A stretch of DNA of 64,000 nucleotides from Amoebidium appalachense (GCA_963693365.1 CAVNZM010000005.1:5463167-5527166), one strand, 5' to 3'. Positions 1 through 40,411 are shown, counted from the first letter of the stretch. Notes: generated by a model not told the origin, from the letters alone. Program-made: numbers and translations.

Positions 1-36
<36 letters not shown>

Positions 37-54
37 TCTTTTCTTTTTTTTTTT

Positions 55-85
<31 letters not shown>

Positions 86-665
86 GGTGCTTTTGTTTGT
101 CGGTGTGCATTGTGTGCTACCTACCAGAGAATACATAATTCACGAGTGCACACCGACACACACAGACAGAGTCAAAGTTAGTGATCGCGCGAGCTTTTGA
201 CGGTTTGATTACCGAAACAAGATTCAAGGGAGAAACCTCTCGATTATTCTCTGGTGTTCTTTTTTTTCCGATTTTCCTCATGGGTATTTTTCTTTATTTT
301 TCTGGTTCCTGAATAATTCAAAAGGCTTGCATGCCGAGTATCAGCATAAATCTTAGTAGATATTCTTAGAAAATTCTTTGGCAGAAATTGCTCTGTATCA
401 TAACTGCCAAAATGTAAATCCCGTTGCCCATATAAGGGATGCCCGATAAAGAAATATCTATAATAAACTGGTGGATTGCCTTTCAAAAAAACTATGCTCT
501 AAACAAGACAAATAAACATTACCCACTCTGGGGTTAAGGAGGTGTGTTGCTTGTGAGCGCCATACGTCTGTGGTGTGTCCAACCCCATCCCCTCCTTCCC
601 CCCCCCCCCACCCCCCCCCCCCCTCCCCCCTCCTCCCTGCCAAACAACCCCAAATACCCCCCCCC

Positions 666-696
<31 letters not shown>

Positions 697-1518
697 ACAC
701 ACACCTCCCCCCTCCCCCCCCTCCCCCGTCCCCCAACACAACAATAACAACACTGCAACACCATTCGACTCGCCCACGTCGTGTCACCGGATTGGCCTGA
801 GGGAACGGCCAATAAAGTGCAACAGTCATGATCCCCGACATTAATTTTCTACATATGCGTGTACATGTGTCGTGCATACGAGAGCACGGTGTATGTGTGT
901 ATGTATGTATGTGTGTATGTATGTATGTGTGCGTGAACATGTGGGGACCATTGCCACTTTATTGGCCGCACTCCCTCCGGCCAATCATTACACGACACGG
1001 ATCCCATGGATACATACATGATAATACTGATATATGCTCCTTGCATGCATAATATGTATGCATTACATTGTACCATAGTGCCCGGTGCATGCAGTGTACC
1101 TGGATGGTCCATATTAGTATGTATGTATACGTAACAATAAAAAAGTATGAATATCGATCGAGTGTGCACGTGCGTGCACGATTGCGACTTTAGTCTTGCT
1201 TATGGTGTCTTAACTTTCTCTCAGAGCTTCTAATGCTAGTATCTGCATATCCATGATCATCTGTATTAGTCGTCAGCTGTAATGTGTACGATGGCACTTA
1301 TGTTACTTACTATCTACATACGTCACCAGCTGCATTTGATTGGCTGCGCTGGAAAGCGCAGCAGGCCGTCAAGTGAGGCTGGGCCCCAGACAGTGTCCGT
1401 AGCAATTAATAGTCCGTAAACCCCCCAAAATAGTCTTGCTTGTGCTCCCTTTCTCAACACATGTTTTGTGGGTTCAACACGGCCAAGGCAAAAAAAAAAA
1501 AAAAAAAAAAAAAGGGAA

Positions 1519-1560
<42 letters not shown>

Positions 1561-1605
1561 TTATTCCGGCGGTTTCCACATCATGAATTTCATACATGAT
1601 ATCTT

Positions 1606-1657
1606 ATAATCAGAACGCGGCATTAACGTAAATTCGTTAATGCCGCGTTCTGATTAT
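1606..1657. repeat. Perfect 23-bp inverted repeat (hairpin) with 6-nt spacer
   Basis: ATAATCAGAACGCGGCATTAACG-taaatt-CGTTAATGCCGCGTTCTGATTAT read directly. Confidence 0.9.
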
Positions 1658-1678
1658 GTGTCAATCAGTTGAGCAGCG

Positions 1679-1719
<41 letters not shown>

Positions 1720-2473
1720 CTCCCCTCCCTCCCTCCCTCTCTTTCCCTCCCTCCCCCCCCCCCCCCCCCCCCTCCCCCTCCCTCCCTCCCTCCCTCCCTC
1801 CCTCCCCCCTCCCTCTCTCCCTCCCTCCCTCCCTCCGAAATACTGCACGCATTGCAGCACATGTACACCTCAGTGAATATAACTGTGCGTGCTGCGTGCC
1901 GGCACTGCGCGCACGCATCACAAGTATACGTGTGAATTCGAATGCACACACACATCCACTAAAAATTTGCATCAACTGGTGAAAAAGGATATTTTAAAAT
2001 TTGATATTTGACGTGCTAAGAAGTCTGACTCACCTGGCAACCCAAAGGCCATAGGATTTGCCCGGTAAGGCCATGTAAACACCTCACTCCTTCCCATTGC
2101 TTCCAACACATCTATACCGTATGCGTCTTGAATTCCTTCTGTGGCAACCCCCCCCCCCCCCCCCCCCCCCCCAACACACACACACACACCTTGGAGAACC
2201 GTTATAACACATATTTAAGTACGAGTGGATTAGCTTTATTTAGTCACTGGATCGAGGGGGGCCAAAAAAAAGAAGAGTTGGTGCACTGGGCCCCTGAAGT
2301 ATTACAATTCACCACAAAAATTGACATCCAGATATACCTGGACCCAATCACAACGCCCCACGGCCGCAACGCCGCATTCTTTGCGAATCCCCAAGGACTT
2401 AGGCAAGGAATGACAGATCAATACATGTCACGACAAGGAAATGGAAAGGTGTGGTGGTGGTGGTGGTGGTGGT

Positions 2474-2505
<32 letters not shown>

Positions 2506-2795
2506 CCTTGGAAAATTACTGTTAAACAGTACGGATTACCCGTATAAGCCAACTGTCCAAAATCGAAATTAGATAATCCTGATATTACGTCTATTGACAA
2601 TCTGCTGAACCACGGTATGTTTAACGAGTTTTCTAGGGTGTATGATTATTTAAGTCGTTATCTCCTCCGTATCCGAGAGTGAGGGCTTTTGTATTTTTCT
2701 TCTCCGAGATATCGGTGATATCTCGATGGCTTCTATTTTGCTGAGCATATCAATAAAGTCATTATAAAATAAAAAAAATTCAAGGTGGACCTTAA

Positions 2796-3062
2796 AGGTG
2801 TTTCTTTTAGGCCGGTTAATTGTCCCCATTCCAGCACATCCGGGTCAAGCCAATTACTCAGCGTATTAATCAAATGTAATCTTTTTCCTGACAACTGATT
2901 ATTATTCTTCCCTTCTCTCTCTCTCTTTCTTTCTTTTCTTTTCTCTTTTTGTTGTAACATGGCGCATTTGCACCATGCTTCCGGCAAAACGATGGTGCAC
3001 AGCACGCGAATCATATAGCTAGAAATCCCTCTGACCCGGAACAAACCTAAAAGAAACCCCCT
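2796..3062. mobile_element. Non-autonomous DNA transposon (Kolobok-like MITE), copy 1
   Basis: TTAA|AGGTGTTTCTTTTAGG ... CCTAAAAGAAACCCCCT|TTAG: imperfect TIRs with TTAA-like flanks and RR..YY ends. The same TIR recurs at 21374-21511. Confidence 0.6.
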
Positions 3063-4152
3063 TTAGGGTGGTCGGGGTATGCGTGGTGGAAAATGGGTTT
3101 TTTATATAGCCTCGTTTTATTCTTTTCATTTCATACCGTCATACACCGTAATATATCCACAGTATTCTCGACCGTGCCACCCTGTCATTTCGGTACACAC
3201 AACATTCAAGAGCACATTTGCATAAAAGAAGGAATAAATTGGTACAAAAAAACAAAACACCTTTAAAACTTTGCAACAATTTTGTGAGGATATCTACCAC
3301 ACGACAGGGTGATAGCCAAAAACATTTTCGGTATATCTCCAGGGTGGATAATCTGGCGCACCTGTCGCCAACACAATCAAAGAGAAACGGAAGAAAACCC
3401 CTCGGGCAAACCCTTCCATATAAGGCATATAAGGAAACATTATGACGCAGGATCCCCCCCCCCCCCCCCTTCTCCCCCCCCTCCCCCCCACACGCACACA
3501 CACACACAAAGAAATAGTAATAAGTAAAATAAAAACAGAAAATAAAACAAGAAGAAACTATACATCAGCTGCCGAACGTACCACTATGCGCGCGTCGTGA
3601 GAATATACTATTTACAATAGCCTGATATGGATGTTCTCACAAGGACTTGATAATCCATCTTCAAATTTCAATGCGTACATGGCTTTTACTAGCACTATCT
3701 GCAATTCCATGTAAAATTACGACTTCTAACCCGAAAACCACACCGGACATGGCCTGCACGCCGGCTCTTTCTCTCACCAAAAACACAACACCACCAGTAC
3801 TAAACTAGTTCAAAAATTACCATGCAGTTGCACTTCGCAAACACGAAAAATGATCTTACGCACCCACCACGGCCCAGCAAAAATACAAATTCGGGACAAT
3901 GCCAAAAAAAAAAAAAAATCGGCAGAATTATCGTGACATACGGGACATACACACGCACCAACATACCACACCAAATCTACAGAGAGTTTCATCTGTACTA
4001 CGTCAGCCATTCTCTCCGTGTTAAAAGAAGGGCACATCTCTGTACAATGTCACCCCATGTCACACACCCCACCCCCACGAGAGAAAGAGGGAGAACGACG
4101 GAGACCAAAAATGCCGAAATTTCCGACATGCAGCGGGGAAGGGGAAAAGGGG

Positions 4153-4196
<44 letters not shown>

Positions 4197-4304
4197 CCTT
4201 CATTCATCTACATCTCTGTTCCCGTCCGTGACGAAACAAAATTCGAAAAAACCGGTAACAATAAACCCGGAAAAACACACGCGGTCAACACTGGTCCACG
4301 GTGG

Positions 4305-4788
4305 TCAGGCATGCTCTCCAGCCAGCAACGTAAATGACGGGTTTCTGTGAAGCAAATCCATATCTGCAGATCTCGCATACTCGCGCCACCGCCCATGTGT
4401 TTTCTAATGAAAATGCGGTGGGAAGAAGTAGAATAATTAGTAATCAGAAAAAACTCCGCAGCGCAGGCAAACCGGGTGGTTTCTCTGACCCCGATTCTAA
4501 TTTCTGTACCTATTTTGTGTGTGGATGTGTGAGTGCGTGCATGCGTGTGCCTGTGTGTGTGTGTGTGTGTGTGCGTGTGTCCGCACACAGGCATGCATGT
4601 GCCTGTGCGTGCCTGTGTGTGTGTTGTGTGCATGTCCGTGTGGGGGCTCATGTGCACGTGCCCGTACCTATGTCCCTGTGTGCGTGTGCGTGTGCGTTTG
4701 TGTGAGTGTGAGTGTGAGTGTGAGTGTGAGTGAGTGTGTGTGTGTGTGCGTGTGTGTGCGTGTGTGTGTGGTGTGTCACGGGGTGTGT

Positions 4789-4852
<64 letters not shown>

Positions 4853-4937
4853 CTGGATGCGTGTGCGCGAGCATGAACAGGTATGTCACACAGTGGTGGG
4901 CCTGTCCTTTTTTTTTTTTTTACTTGGCTGCCCCGGT

Positions 4938-4994
<57 letters not shown>

Positions 4995-5187
4995 GGGGGG
5001 AGGGGGGGAGGGGGGAGGGGGGGGAGGGGGAGACCAAACCCACCTTCCAAGCTGGATACTGGACAACCAACATGCCCGCAAACACGACCACCATCCCCAA
5101 GGCCAGACTAGTGGCCAGGCCAACACCCAGCAGAAAAATACTGGCAATGATGTCGACCTCAACAAACGTGGCCCCGCCGTCACCCAT
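4305..5187 (-). CDS. Tentative 80-aa single-pass membrane protein (2 exons: 5187-5044, 4403-4305)
   Basis: ATG at 5187 gives MGDGGATFVEVDIIASIFLLGVGLATSLALGMVVVFAGMLVVQYPAWK, then a gtgggt donor. A phase-0 acceptor (ttcattag) gives KTHGRWREYARSADMDLLHRNPSFTLLAGEHA*. One long hydrophobic segment; no recognised family. Confidence 0.35.
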
Positions 5188-7571
5188 GGTTACTAAACTG
5201 CTTGGATTGTTGGTGTTCCGTTGCTTAACAATTCCGATTGTTAAATTGATGCTCTTAATTAGAGAACTTGAAAAACCATCTCTCAATTGAGTGCACTGAA
5301 ATGCTCACGACCAAAAAATAGAAGCTGGAAGCACTACGGATATAGGCTGCCACTTGCACCTGCCTGAGAAACGATGTTTTCTTTACTGCCACATGCGCAA
5401 GGAACGATGTTTTCCTTGCACACTTGCCTCGTTGGTTATATAATGAAGGAACACACAATAGCAGTGAGCTGACCGGCAATTGTCCCTCGTAGATACGGCC
5501 GTATGGTTGGAACATGGAATCGTGGGGAGTCTCCGAATTCACGGTTTGTGGTTTTACTAGAAGATCCACCCAACGAAGACGAGATCGAACTCGAAGACGA
5601 GCTCGAACTGAAATCAGGAACACAACGTTGCTTCCAACAAAATAGTACCTTCTAACGAAATGTAGTTTCGGAGTTTTAACTAAACCAGCTGTTGTTCCTC
5701 ACAGCTTATGTCACATAGTTCGAATGGTGAGTCCAACATGTCACCGCAGTGAATTTACAAGCTGATTCTACAGCCAAAAAACACAACGAAAAAAATACAG
5801 GAAAAAATGTTGCTTTAATCAAACGGCTAGCATGTAGCGAGCGCACTTTGTGAGATGGAAACTGGAAAAAGACGGGGCTTTTAAAGGCACAGAAAACCAG
5901 GGGATGGCTCACACAGTACCCACACACGGAAATTTCGTGACATGAAAACGGAATGAGCGGACGAGGCTCTCGAACTCAACAGGAAACAACGTCATCGAAA
6001 ATGCGACAATATAACTGTCCTATGATACCAGTGCCTTTTTATATCGTGGCTGACATGCATTCCACAGAAAGCAGCTAATACAAAGCCATGATATGTGACC
6101 ATACATATAAACCGATTATCGACTTGCAAGTTGAAGTTGGGATGGGCCAGCTGGCGGCTGCATCATGTGCCAGTCGCGGAAGAATTATCGGTTGAGCGAG
6201 TGTATAAAGGGAAGTGTGATTGGATATCCAAGAAGTGCTTTTGTATAATTCAAAAGGTCAAAGGGTCATGGAAATAAAAAAACTAGAGTAAGCTTCACGG
6301 AGATCTGTCTCTGTCAGTCTGCACATTTATGTGCCTAATAAATCATTCTTATGTAACCAATCGTAGGTCTTGATTGGCAGAAGATAATGCCGGATAAGAT
6401 CTGGGCGATGGAGTAGGAAAATTCTGAATATCCAAGGGAAAGCAGTCAATGGCGTCTTGCACATGGCAGCTTTTGTCATCAAGCTTGATGATTACACTCA
6501 CTGTTTTTCAGTATTTTCAACTGTTGGATTCTGTTATTTATAAACAAAAAAATGGTACGTGGCTACTTTGGGTAGGTTTTACGTCTATGCTGGACGGTGT
6601 ATCGGGTCAAAGTTAATAGACATGACAAGCGCTTCCATTGCAGCTTTACATCTGAGACCTTAAATAGCGAGTGCTTAGATTATCCAGAATTCGTGTATCT
6701 GAAGCGGTATGGGGAGATCATGATATCACTGGGCTTCTGATTGGCTCATAAGGTGGTGTGAGGCCAGTGACATGGTCAAGTTGTCCGGCGAGAATTAGTT
6801 CTTCAAAGCCGGAAAAAAATCACAAATAGTTGAGCTATATAATAGTTAGTACATCATTAATTTATAATAAAGAGATTCCTACAAAATAATCACTTCGGCA
6901 AGCGCATGCAAAGCCTTGGCTGGCATGGAAGCCAGTGTGGCTCACAAACGGTATAGGGAGACCAAGTTCCTTTAGTCTAACATTTGAACCTCAGCACTCT
7001 GTAATTTGTATCATTTTCATTGATTAGAATGACGTCACGAATAGGCTCTTCCACGGGGGGGGGGGGGGGGGGTCGGCCGCGCGGGGGGGGGGGGGGGGGG
7101 GGGGGGGAGGGAGAAAGGCACCTGAGTTGGGAGAGAGAGAGGGAGAGGGGAGAGGGAGAGAGAGGGAGGCGAGAGAGACAGGGGGGGGGGGGGGGGGAGG
7201 GGAAAGGGAGAGGGAGGGGGGGAGAGAGAGAGGGAGAGAGGGAGAGGGGGAGGGGGAGAGAGAGGGAGAGAGAGAGGGGGAGGGATGGAGGGAGGGAGGG
7301 AGGGAGGGAGGGAGGGAGGGAGGGAGGGAGAGGGAGTGAGAGAGAGAGTCTAGCGAGAAAGAGAGATGGAGGGAGGGAGGGGGGGGGGGGAGGGGAGAGA
7401 GAGGGGGGGGGGGGGGGGGAGGGTAGGAGCTAGAGACGAGAGAGAGAGAGGGGGGGGAGAGAGAGAGAGAGAAAGAGGGAGAGAGATCCGGGCTCACTCA
7501 GCTCTCTCCACGCGCATGGCACACGGGAGTGGGTTACACGGTACCGGTAGGCACCCGCAAGCTATATATAT

Positions 7572-7650
7572 ATGGCAGCTACCATGCATATACACCGCAA
7601 GCGATGGCAGCTACCATGCATATACACCGCAAGCTATGGCAGCTACAATG
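7572..7650. repeat. ~32-bp tandem repeat, ~2.5 copies
   Basis: ATGGCAGCTACCATGCATATACACCGCAAGC(G/T) repeated. Confidence 0.75.
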
Positions 7651-8047
7651 CCACCGGAGAGAATTCTGGGCTGCGTGGCCGGCTAGGGTGTGCGGGGAGG
7701 GGGCTAATGTAGACATAGAGAGCCAGCGAGCAAGCTCGACAGGCTCGAGTACTTTATTTCCCACATAGATATGCATCATTCATGTGATCATGACGATTTA
7801 ATTGGTGTGTGATTGACTTCACTCCGAGACAGGACAACAATAAAACAACTAACTAACTAGGAATAACATTATAGTATGTCCGAGTCCCTGCCCGTCGAGC
7901 GGTGCATTCATTCATCATATTAACCAGCTACATATACGTTTTATTTACCTGCTAACCACCACCTGCACATGTACGATTTAAGGTGTATGCAAAAGACTGC
8001 CATTGTGAAACTGAAAAGGAAACCGTGCAAGTACTATCACAATGATG

Positions 8048-8260
8048 ATTCTGAATATAACACACATCCTAACCAGACATGTTTATAGGTGTCTTTCATT
8101 CGAATACTGTACAGCATACACTCTTCGAAGACGATTGTCATGCTTCTTGCAAATTCTGAATATAACACACATCCTAACCGGACATGTTAATTTAAATAGG
8201 TCTCTTTCATTCGAATACAACATTACACTCTGTGTCTTTCAAGGCGATTATCATGCTTCT
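8048..8260. repeat. ~105-bp tandem duplication
   Basis: ATTCTGAATATAACACACATCCTAACC(A/G)GACATGTT...TCTTTCATTCGAATAC at ~8048 and ~8153. Confidence 0.75.
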
Positions 8261-9021
8261 AACAATCACTATGGTATGCAAAAGCAATTAGTACGTGTGT
8301 TTTCTTTTCTTTTTCTTTTCTTTTTTTGGCCCCTGCACTGCTATCACACCACTTGTAGTTAGGATATACAACAGAGGATCTATCTACATGACTTCATTCG
8401 TTCGCAATACAACTGTACACACTAAGATTTACCAGATTACATCATTGGTGCCAGTAGAGACACAAACACCGTGCAGGGATAATTGAGCTATGCTTGAGAA
8501 TAGCCATACCCAGATCTCCCAACAACACGATATATCTTTTTACTTATAATACTATGATCATTATGTATAACAGCTATGCTCATTAACCACCCATACACCA
8601 ATGATGTACATACAACTCACGTCTTTAATTCAAAAAACTGCCATTATATCGATATGATTTTATAATGGCGCATTTTAATTAGAATCGTCATTCATGCCTG
8701 CACACGTGGTTCCACGCTTTTTGGTGTGGGTAGGTTTGGTGTTGGGGGCCCAGACACACCTCCGGTACTCAGAATACTGGCCAGGTCACTGCTCTGCCTC
8801 CGAAATACATTGTGGGGGCTATCCGCCTCTGTGCACCCACCATGAATATGTCAGAATACGTGCAAATACATCGAGGGATTTATGTGTGAATACCAGCACG
8901 AAAGGACGTTCTTCTTCTTCTTCTTGTTCTTCTTCTTGCCTTTGTGTATTCAAGCACACACACAGGTGTGAAAAGGGGGGTCGGAAGGGGGTGGGACGGG
9001 TGGGTGGGTGGGTGGGTGGGT

Positions 9022-9061
<40 letters not shown>

Positions 9062-9124
9062 AGGGGGTTGAAGGTACGCAAAAAGTCAACAAGTTTTGTG
9101 CATATTAAAAACATATCAATGCTG

Positions 9125-35297
<26,173 letters not shown>

Positions 35298-36155
35298 TTT
35301 GAAGGAACCATGGGTCAAGACTCTTGTTTGGGTTTAGTTCTGTTCTGCTGGTGTCTTAGCAAAAGTGTGATGATGCGCTCTCCGACCCAATTACGCGAAG
35401 TGCTTTAACTGTCTGGTTACTTCTTAGCGCTATCTTGAAACTGAGAAAGTGTCCCATAGAGAGCAGTTTCATGTCATTCTTAGCAATGCACCCATTCACC
35501 AGCTACGATGGGCAGCATATGGCACCGTCTCAAATCTAAATGACACATGTTGGCACTCGGCAATCATGGAGCCATCGTCATGTGGGCACTTGGCAATCAT
35601 TGAGCTATCGTCAAAAATGAGGGTGGTCTCACTCATAATACATCTACTCCTAACCATTCACGACAGTAGTAGCTGCCTTGAATTTATGACGCTGGCAAGT
35701 AGTTTCTGAAGGGCCCAAACCTCAAACCCCTGCTACTTTACTTGATCCTGTCTGAGTGTGTACTGTGACTGTGTGATGTACGCGCGAGAGTAGGTACATG
35801 TACATCTGCATCATATGCCCCAAGTAGTACAGGGCGGGGGGTGCGGCATGCCAGGAGCTACTACTAGAGAGAAGGGGGGGGTATGATTGGAGGGGGGGGT
35901 GTTCAGCTAACCTTATATGGATAAAGCAAAGTTACAAGGATTCAAGCCATTGGTTGGGCAAGACCCCTTTTGCCGAATATGGATAACAGATCATACACTG
36001 CTGTAGGCGGCGGTCAGGAATTGGCGCGCTCTTTACTGGTCACAACCAGTCCGGGAAGGCCATGAGCAGCATTGCCGAGCACACTGGAATACGGGAATGT
36101 TTGCGGTAACGTAGTCGCACTAGGGGGGCAGGGGGCCAGGCCCCAAGTGTTTAAA
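35298..36155. promoter_or_regulatory. Probable divergent promoter region between the RasGAP and transposase-exonuclease genes
   Basis: Inferred only from the head-to-head ATGs (35297 minus, 36156 plus); the interval is nearly free of microsatellites. Confidence 0.4.
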
Positions 36156-37550
36156 ATGAAGCCAGGCTGCCCTAAGGGCACAACACAGCGCCCTGGGCAT
36201 AAAACAGGCGGAGCTAGGGAGGGAGCTGGGCGCAAAAAAAAAGATGCTGCATTTGTTCAGCCTTTAGCGAACTTTGCAGGTTTTGGGACGGCAAACAAAG
36301 CTGTTTTGCAGGAACTAAACGTAAACGTACAACCCGAACAGCCCCCTCTATCTAAGGCCGCCGACATAAGGGCCCGTGTAGTTGAGGCAGGTAGCGTCCA
36401 TTCGTTACCAAGAGAAATGGATCGGGCCCCTGCTCCACACCCACCAGACATACAGGTGCAACCCGACGAGGAACCTTTGCTAAATGCAGCAGCAGATGCG
36501 TACCGGGTAGACGAGGATGAAGGGGAGGAAGAGGGAGAAGATAATACGGACGGGGATGACGGTGGAGAGGAGTTTTCTGACGCGGCGGGCGAAACAATCA
36601 AGTCGCACCTGCACACAGTGAAAGAGAGTCTCAAAGATGAGAAGACGCCTGTGGGGTGGCATCTTCCACCTCCCATTATAGGCTTTAAATTTGGGGGCGA
36701 TCCAGCGCCTTTCTACAAACCCAGATGTTTTGCCTGGCTTCCGGAAAGGTTGTCTCCCGGTTTCATGGTGCCGTGCCCCTTCGATGATCACTACGTGGAC
36801 CCCCACAACCACCCCAACCCACACCGTACTTCTCGCAATGGGTTCATGAGCAACCCCGTAGGACGGCGTGTTATCGACTTTGACAGCTGCTACTACATTA
36901 TCACGGCCCGGTACTTTTGTGACACATGCAAAAAAAACTTTGCCGGCACAAACCCCCCAGACAATTAAACGCCTTCCACTCTTCATGCGTGATCAGTTTC
37001 CGGCCTACCTTAGCCACCGCAGTGGGCTCGACCTAAAGGTGGTAACATTGTTGCGTGCACTGGCAGACAAAGGTGTGGGCCCAAACGCCTTTGCCACCCT
37101 CCTCTCGGAGCTCCACAAGCAGCGATACGACGAGCAGCGGCTCCTGTATTACTCGAGGGCGCTGCATTGGACCAAGTATGAACTCAAAAAGCGTAACGAT
37201 TTCCGCCCCCACGACCAGCGCCTGACAGAACTTCCCCCAGAGGAGCAGGCGGCTAAGTTCTCGGCGTTTGGTGACAAAAATGGTTACGCTGGACATGTGC
37301 CTTCAGGCAAGTGTGCACTGCATTTTGGGTGTGTAAATGGTCCCCATTGTTTTGTATGCACGTGCTTGGGCATTTTTTGGGTTGGCTTGGTAGGGTTTTG
37401 TTTTATTATTTTTTATTTTTTTTTTAGGGGGGGGGGGGGGACTTGGAAATGGGTTTTGGAAGTGTGGTCAATAAGTTTCTATTATGGTGGTGGTGGATGT
37501 GTGGTGGTGGATGTGCGCCTGTGAGTGTGCGTGTACTTGTGGGTCCGTGT

Positions 37551-37599
<49 letters not shown>

Positions 37600-37673
37600 G
37601 GGGGGACATGGTGATGGATTAGGTGGTGGTGGTGGCAATCAGTCATGGTGGTGGTGGTGGTGGTGGTGGTGGT

Positions 37674-37708
<35 letters not shown>

Positions 37709-37863
37709 GGGGGGGGGCAGAGGGATCATCAGAGGGGTGAAAGCATAACGGTCCATGTACCAGTGAGTGTGCTTGGGAAATCGTGGAGAACTGTTATGCC
37801 TGAAATTAGATGGTGGGTGTGCGCATGTGTGTCTGTGTGTGTTGGGGGAAAGGAGGTGGAGAG

Positions 37864-37898
<35 letters not shown>

Positions 37899-38090
37899 GG
37901 GGGGGGGGCACATGGTGGTAGACTGGATCTTGGTGGCGGTACTTAATGGTTATTATAGTAGTGGCAGGAGGGTGTGGGGGGAAGGGCAAACGGACGTGCA
38001 GGGGACAAACTGCAGATGGGGCACAAAGGGGAAAGAAGGTGAAAGTTGGTGCAATGACTTGGAGGGTTTGCGCGCGCCGGGAGGCGGGGG

Positions 38091-38127
<37 letters not shown>

Positions 38128-38816
38128 AACGGCCGGAGATGGGTGTGTAGCGTTTTTGAGATGGGAAAAGCCATACAGACTTACGAAAATACAGAGAGGT
38201 GAGATGAACACGAGGGACTAGAGGGAATGGGGGGGATGGTCCTGATGGGAGGGTGGTGGAGTTCTAACAGTACTTGGGGTTCAGGCAAATACCTGAGTGC
38301 CGTGTATACTGAGTTCAGCGACCGCACGGCAAAGTACCAGAGCCTGGACACGCAGCTCAAGCCCGTAAACAACGTGCTCAAGGCCGACCACACCTTCCAA
38401 ATTGGGAAGCTCACCGGCATCAATGGGGAGCCTCTGTACCGAGGCCTATGGACTTGTGTAAACGAGCTTGGCGGTGTGTGGTCCCTCCTCTTCTCCCCCC
38501 TCCCCCCACTCTCCCCCAGGCCCCCTTCCCCCCTCCCCCCCCCCCCCACACACCCCCACCCCCCCCCCCCCACACACACACACACACACGCCCCCCCTCC
38601 CCCCTCCCCCCCCTCCCCCCTCTAGGGCCTTTAAATCTCTTAGGCTCCACATTTAATGAGGTGGCACACTGTGAGTAGAGGTTTGTAGTATGTGGGTTTT
38701 GGGGACAATTCTTGCCCTGTCGAGCAAAAACTAGGAAGCTCCAGATATGTGTGTATGTGTTTTTGCTGGGTAGAGATTGGGGTGGGCTGGGGTGGAGCTT
38801 TCTTTTGGCGGGGAAT

Positions 38817-38883
<67 letters not shown>

Positions 38884-40379
38884 AGCTTCTGCCAAGCAGA
38901 ATGGGAGTAGGGGCCAGTGATTGCAAGGGATGCAGGGGGGGGGGGGGGGGGGGGGGGGGAGACACCACCGTCGGGGTTGAAGGTAGAGAGGGCAAGAGGC
39001 CCGGGGTGGGGTGGGGGGGGGGGGGGGGGGGGGGACAGTAGGTGCCATATGGAGGGCTGTCCCATGGTTTGGGGGGAGGGGGAGTGGGGAAGGATCGTGG
39101 GCACATGGGTTTGGGGGGAAGGCAGAGAGGGGGAAAGGATTGTGATCACAAGGGTTTAGGGGGAGGAAGGGGGAAGGATTGTAGGTACATGGGTTTAGGG
39201 GGAGGGGGGGGGGGAAGATTTTGGGGGAAAGGGAGGCCTGGGGAAAGTATGTGGGCACATGGGTTTGGGGGGAAGGAGGGGGAAGGGTTTTGGGGGAGAG
39301 GGAGGGGAAAGTATGTGGGCACATGGGTTTGGGGGGAGGGAGGGGGAAAGGATTGTGTGGGCACTGAAGTCTCGTGAAGGGCCATGTGGTAAGGGAAGCT
39401 AGAACATGCATGGCTGCTCGGAGATGCCCTCTCACACAGTGCGGCACCCCAGAGATCCGGGCGCAGGTATTTACACGGGACTGCAGCCACCAGGAGATTG
39501 AGCCCGTGATCCAGCGCATCTCTGCCACCACGGCGGCGCTCAACAGCAAGGGCCCGGCCTTCTTCTACACAGATCGGTGCTGCCAAGACCGGGCGTTTGT
39601 TGAGCGCATGTTTCCAACCCTAGCCCGGCCAAAATGCCCCGTCCGTCTGAACGAGGCTGCGCTGGTAAGCGTGACGGACGGTCTGCCTGGGCTGGAGCTG
39701 CCGGCCAACTACCCTAAGCCGGTGTACACCGACTGCCAGGGGGCGGTGGTGGCTACAGCGGCCATTCGTGCCGACCTGGAGGGGCAGCAGCACCGCGTGG
39801 TGGGGCTGGACTGCGAGTGGGTCTATCGGGTGGGCCAGGCGCGGTCCAAGGTTTGCACGCTGCAGATTGCCACCGCACGGGCCGTGTACATCTTCCACTT
39901 GGCACGCATGGGCCCCAACCACAGCCCGCCCGCGCGGCTGGTGGACGAGCTGATTGCGCTGCTTAGGGACCCCAGCATCATCAAGGTGGGCAAGCAGATC
40001 GGCACGGACTCGGCCCACCTCAACAAGGACTACGGCACCCCTGTGGCCAGCTATCTGGAGCTGGGCCGGTTCTGCTATGCCCGTGCAGCTATCACCTCTG
40101 CGGCCCGGGGCTTGGCCGACATCACTGCCCAGGTCATAGGCAAGAAGCTGCCCAAGCCGGCACTTGTTCGATGCTCCAACTGGCACGAGCCGCTATCAGA
40201 GGTGCAGGCCACCTACGCTGCCCTTGATGCATATGCGTCCCTGCAGGTCTACTCGGCCGTGGTCGATAGGCCAAACCTGTCAGGTGTGTATCCCACCTGC
40301 TTTTTGCCCCAGTGCTTATGTGCTTATGCCAGATATAGAAAGATTGTGGGCCCCCCAGAGGAGAGGGGAGGGGGGAGGG

Positions 40380-40411
<32 letters not shown>

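Noticed and set aside
2190-3450. Short ORFs in non-repetitive islands (2128-2547, 3218-3445)
   Set aside because: No recognisable domain or convincing splice chain.
35705-35722. TCTGAAGGGCCCAA similar to sequence at ~49000, as a possible transposon boundary
   Set aside because: Short match that is explained by the foldback element TIR or by chance; it does not define ends of the transposase locus.
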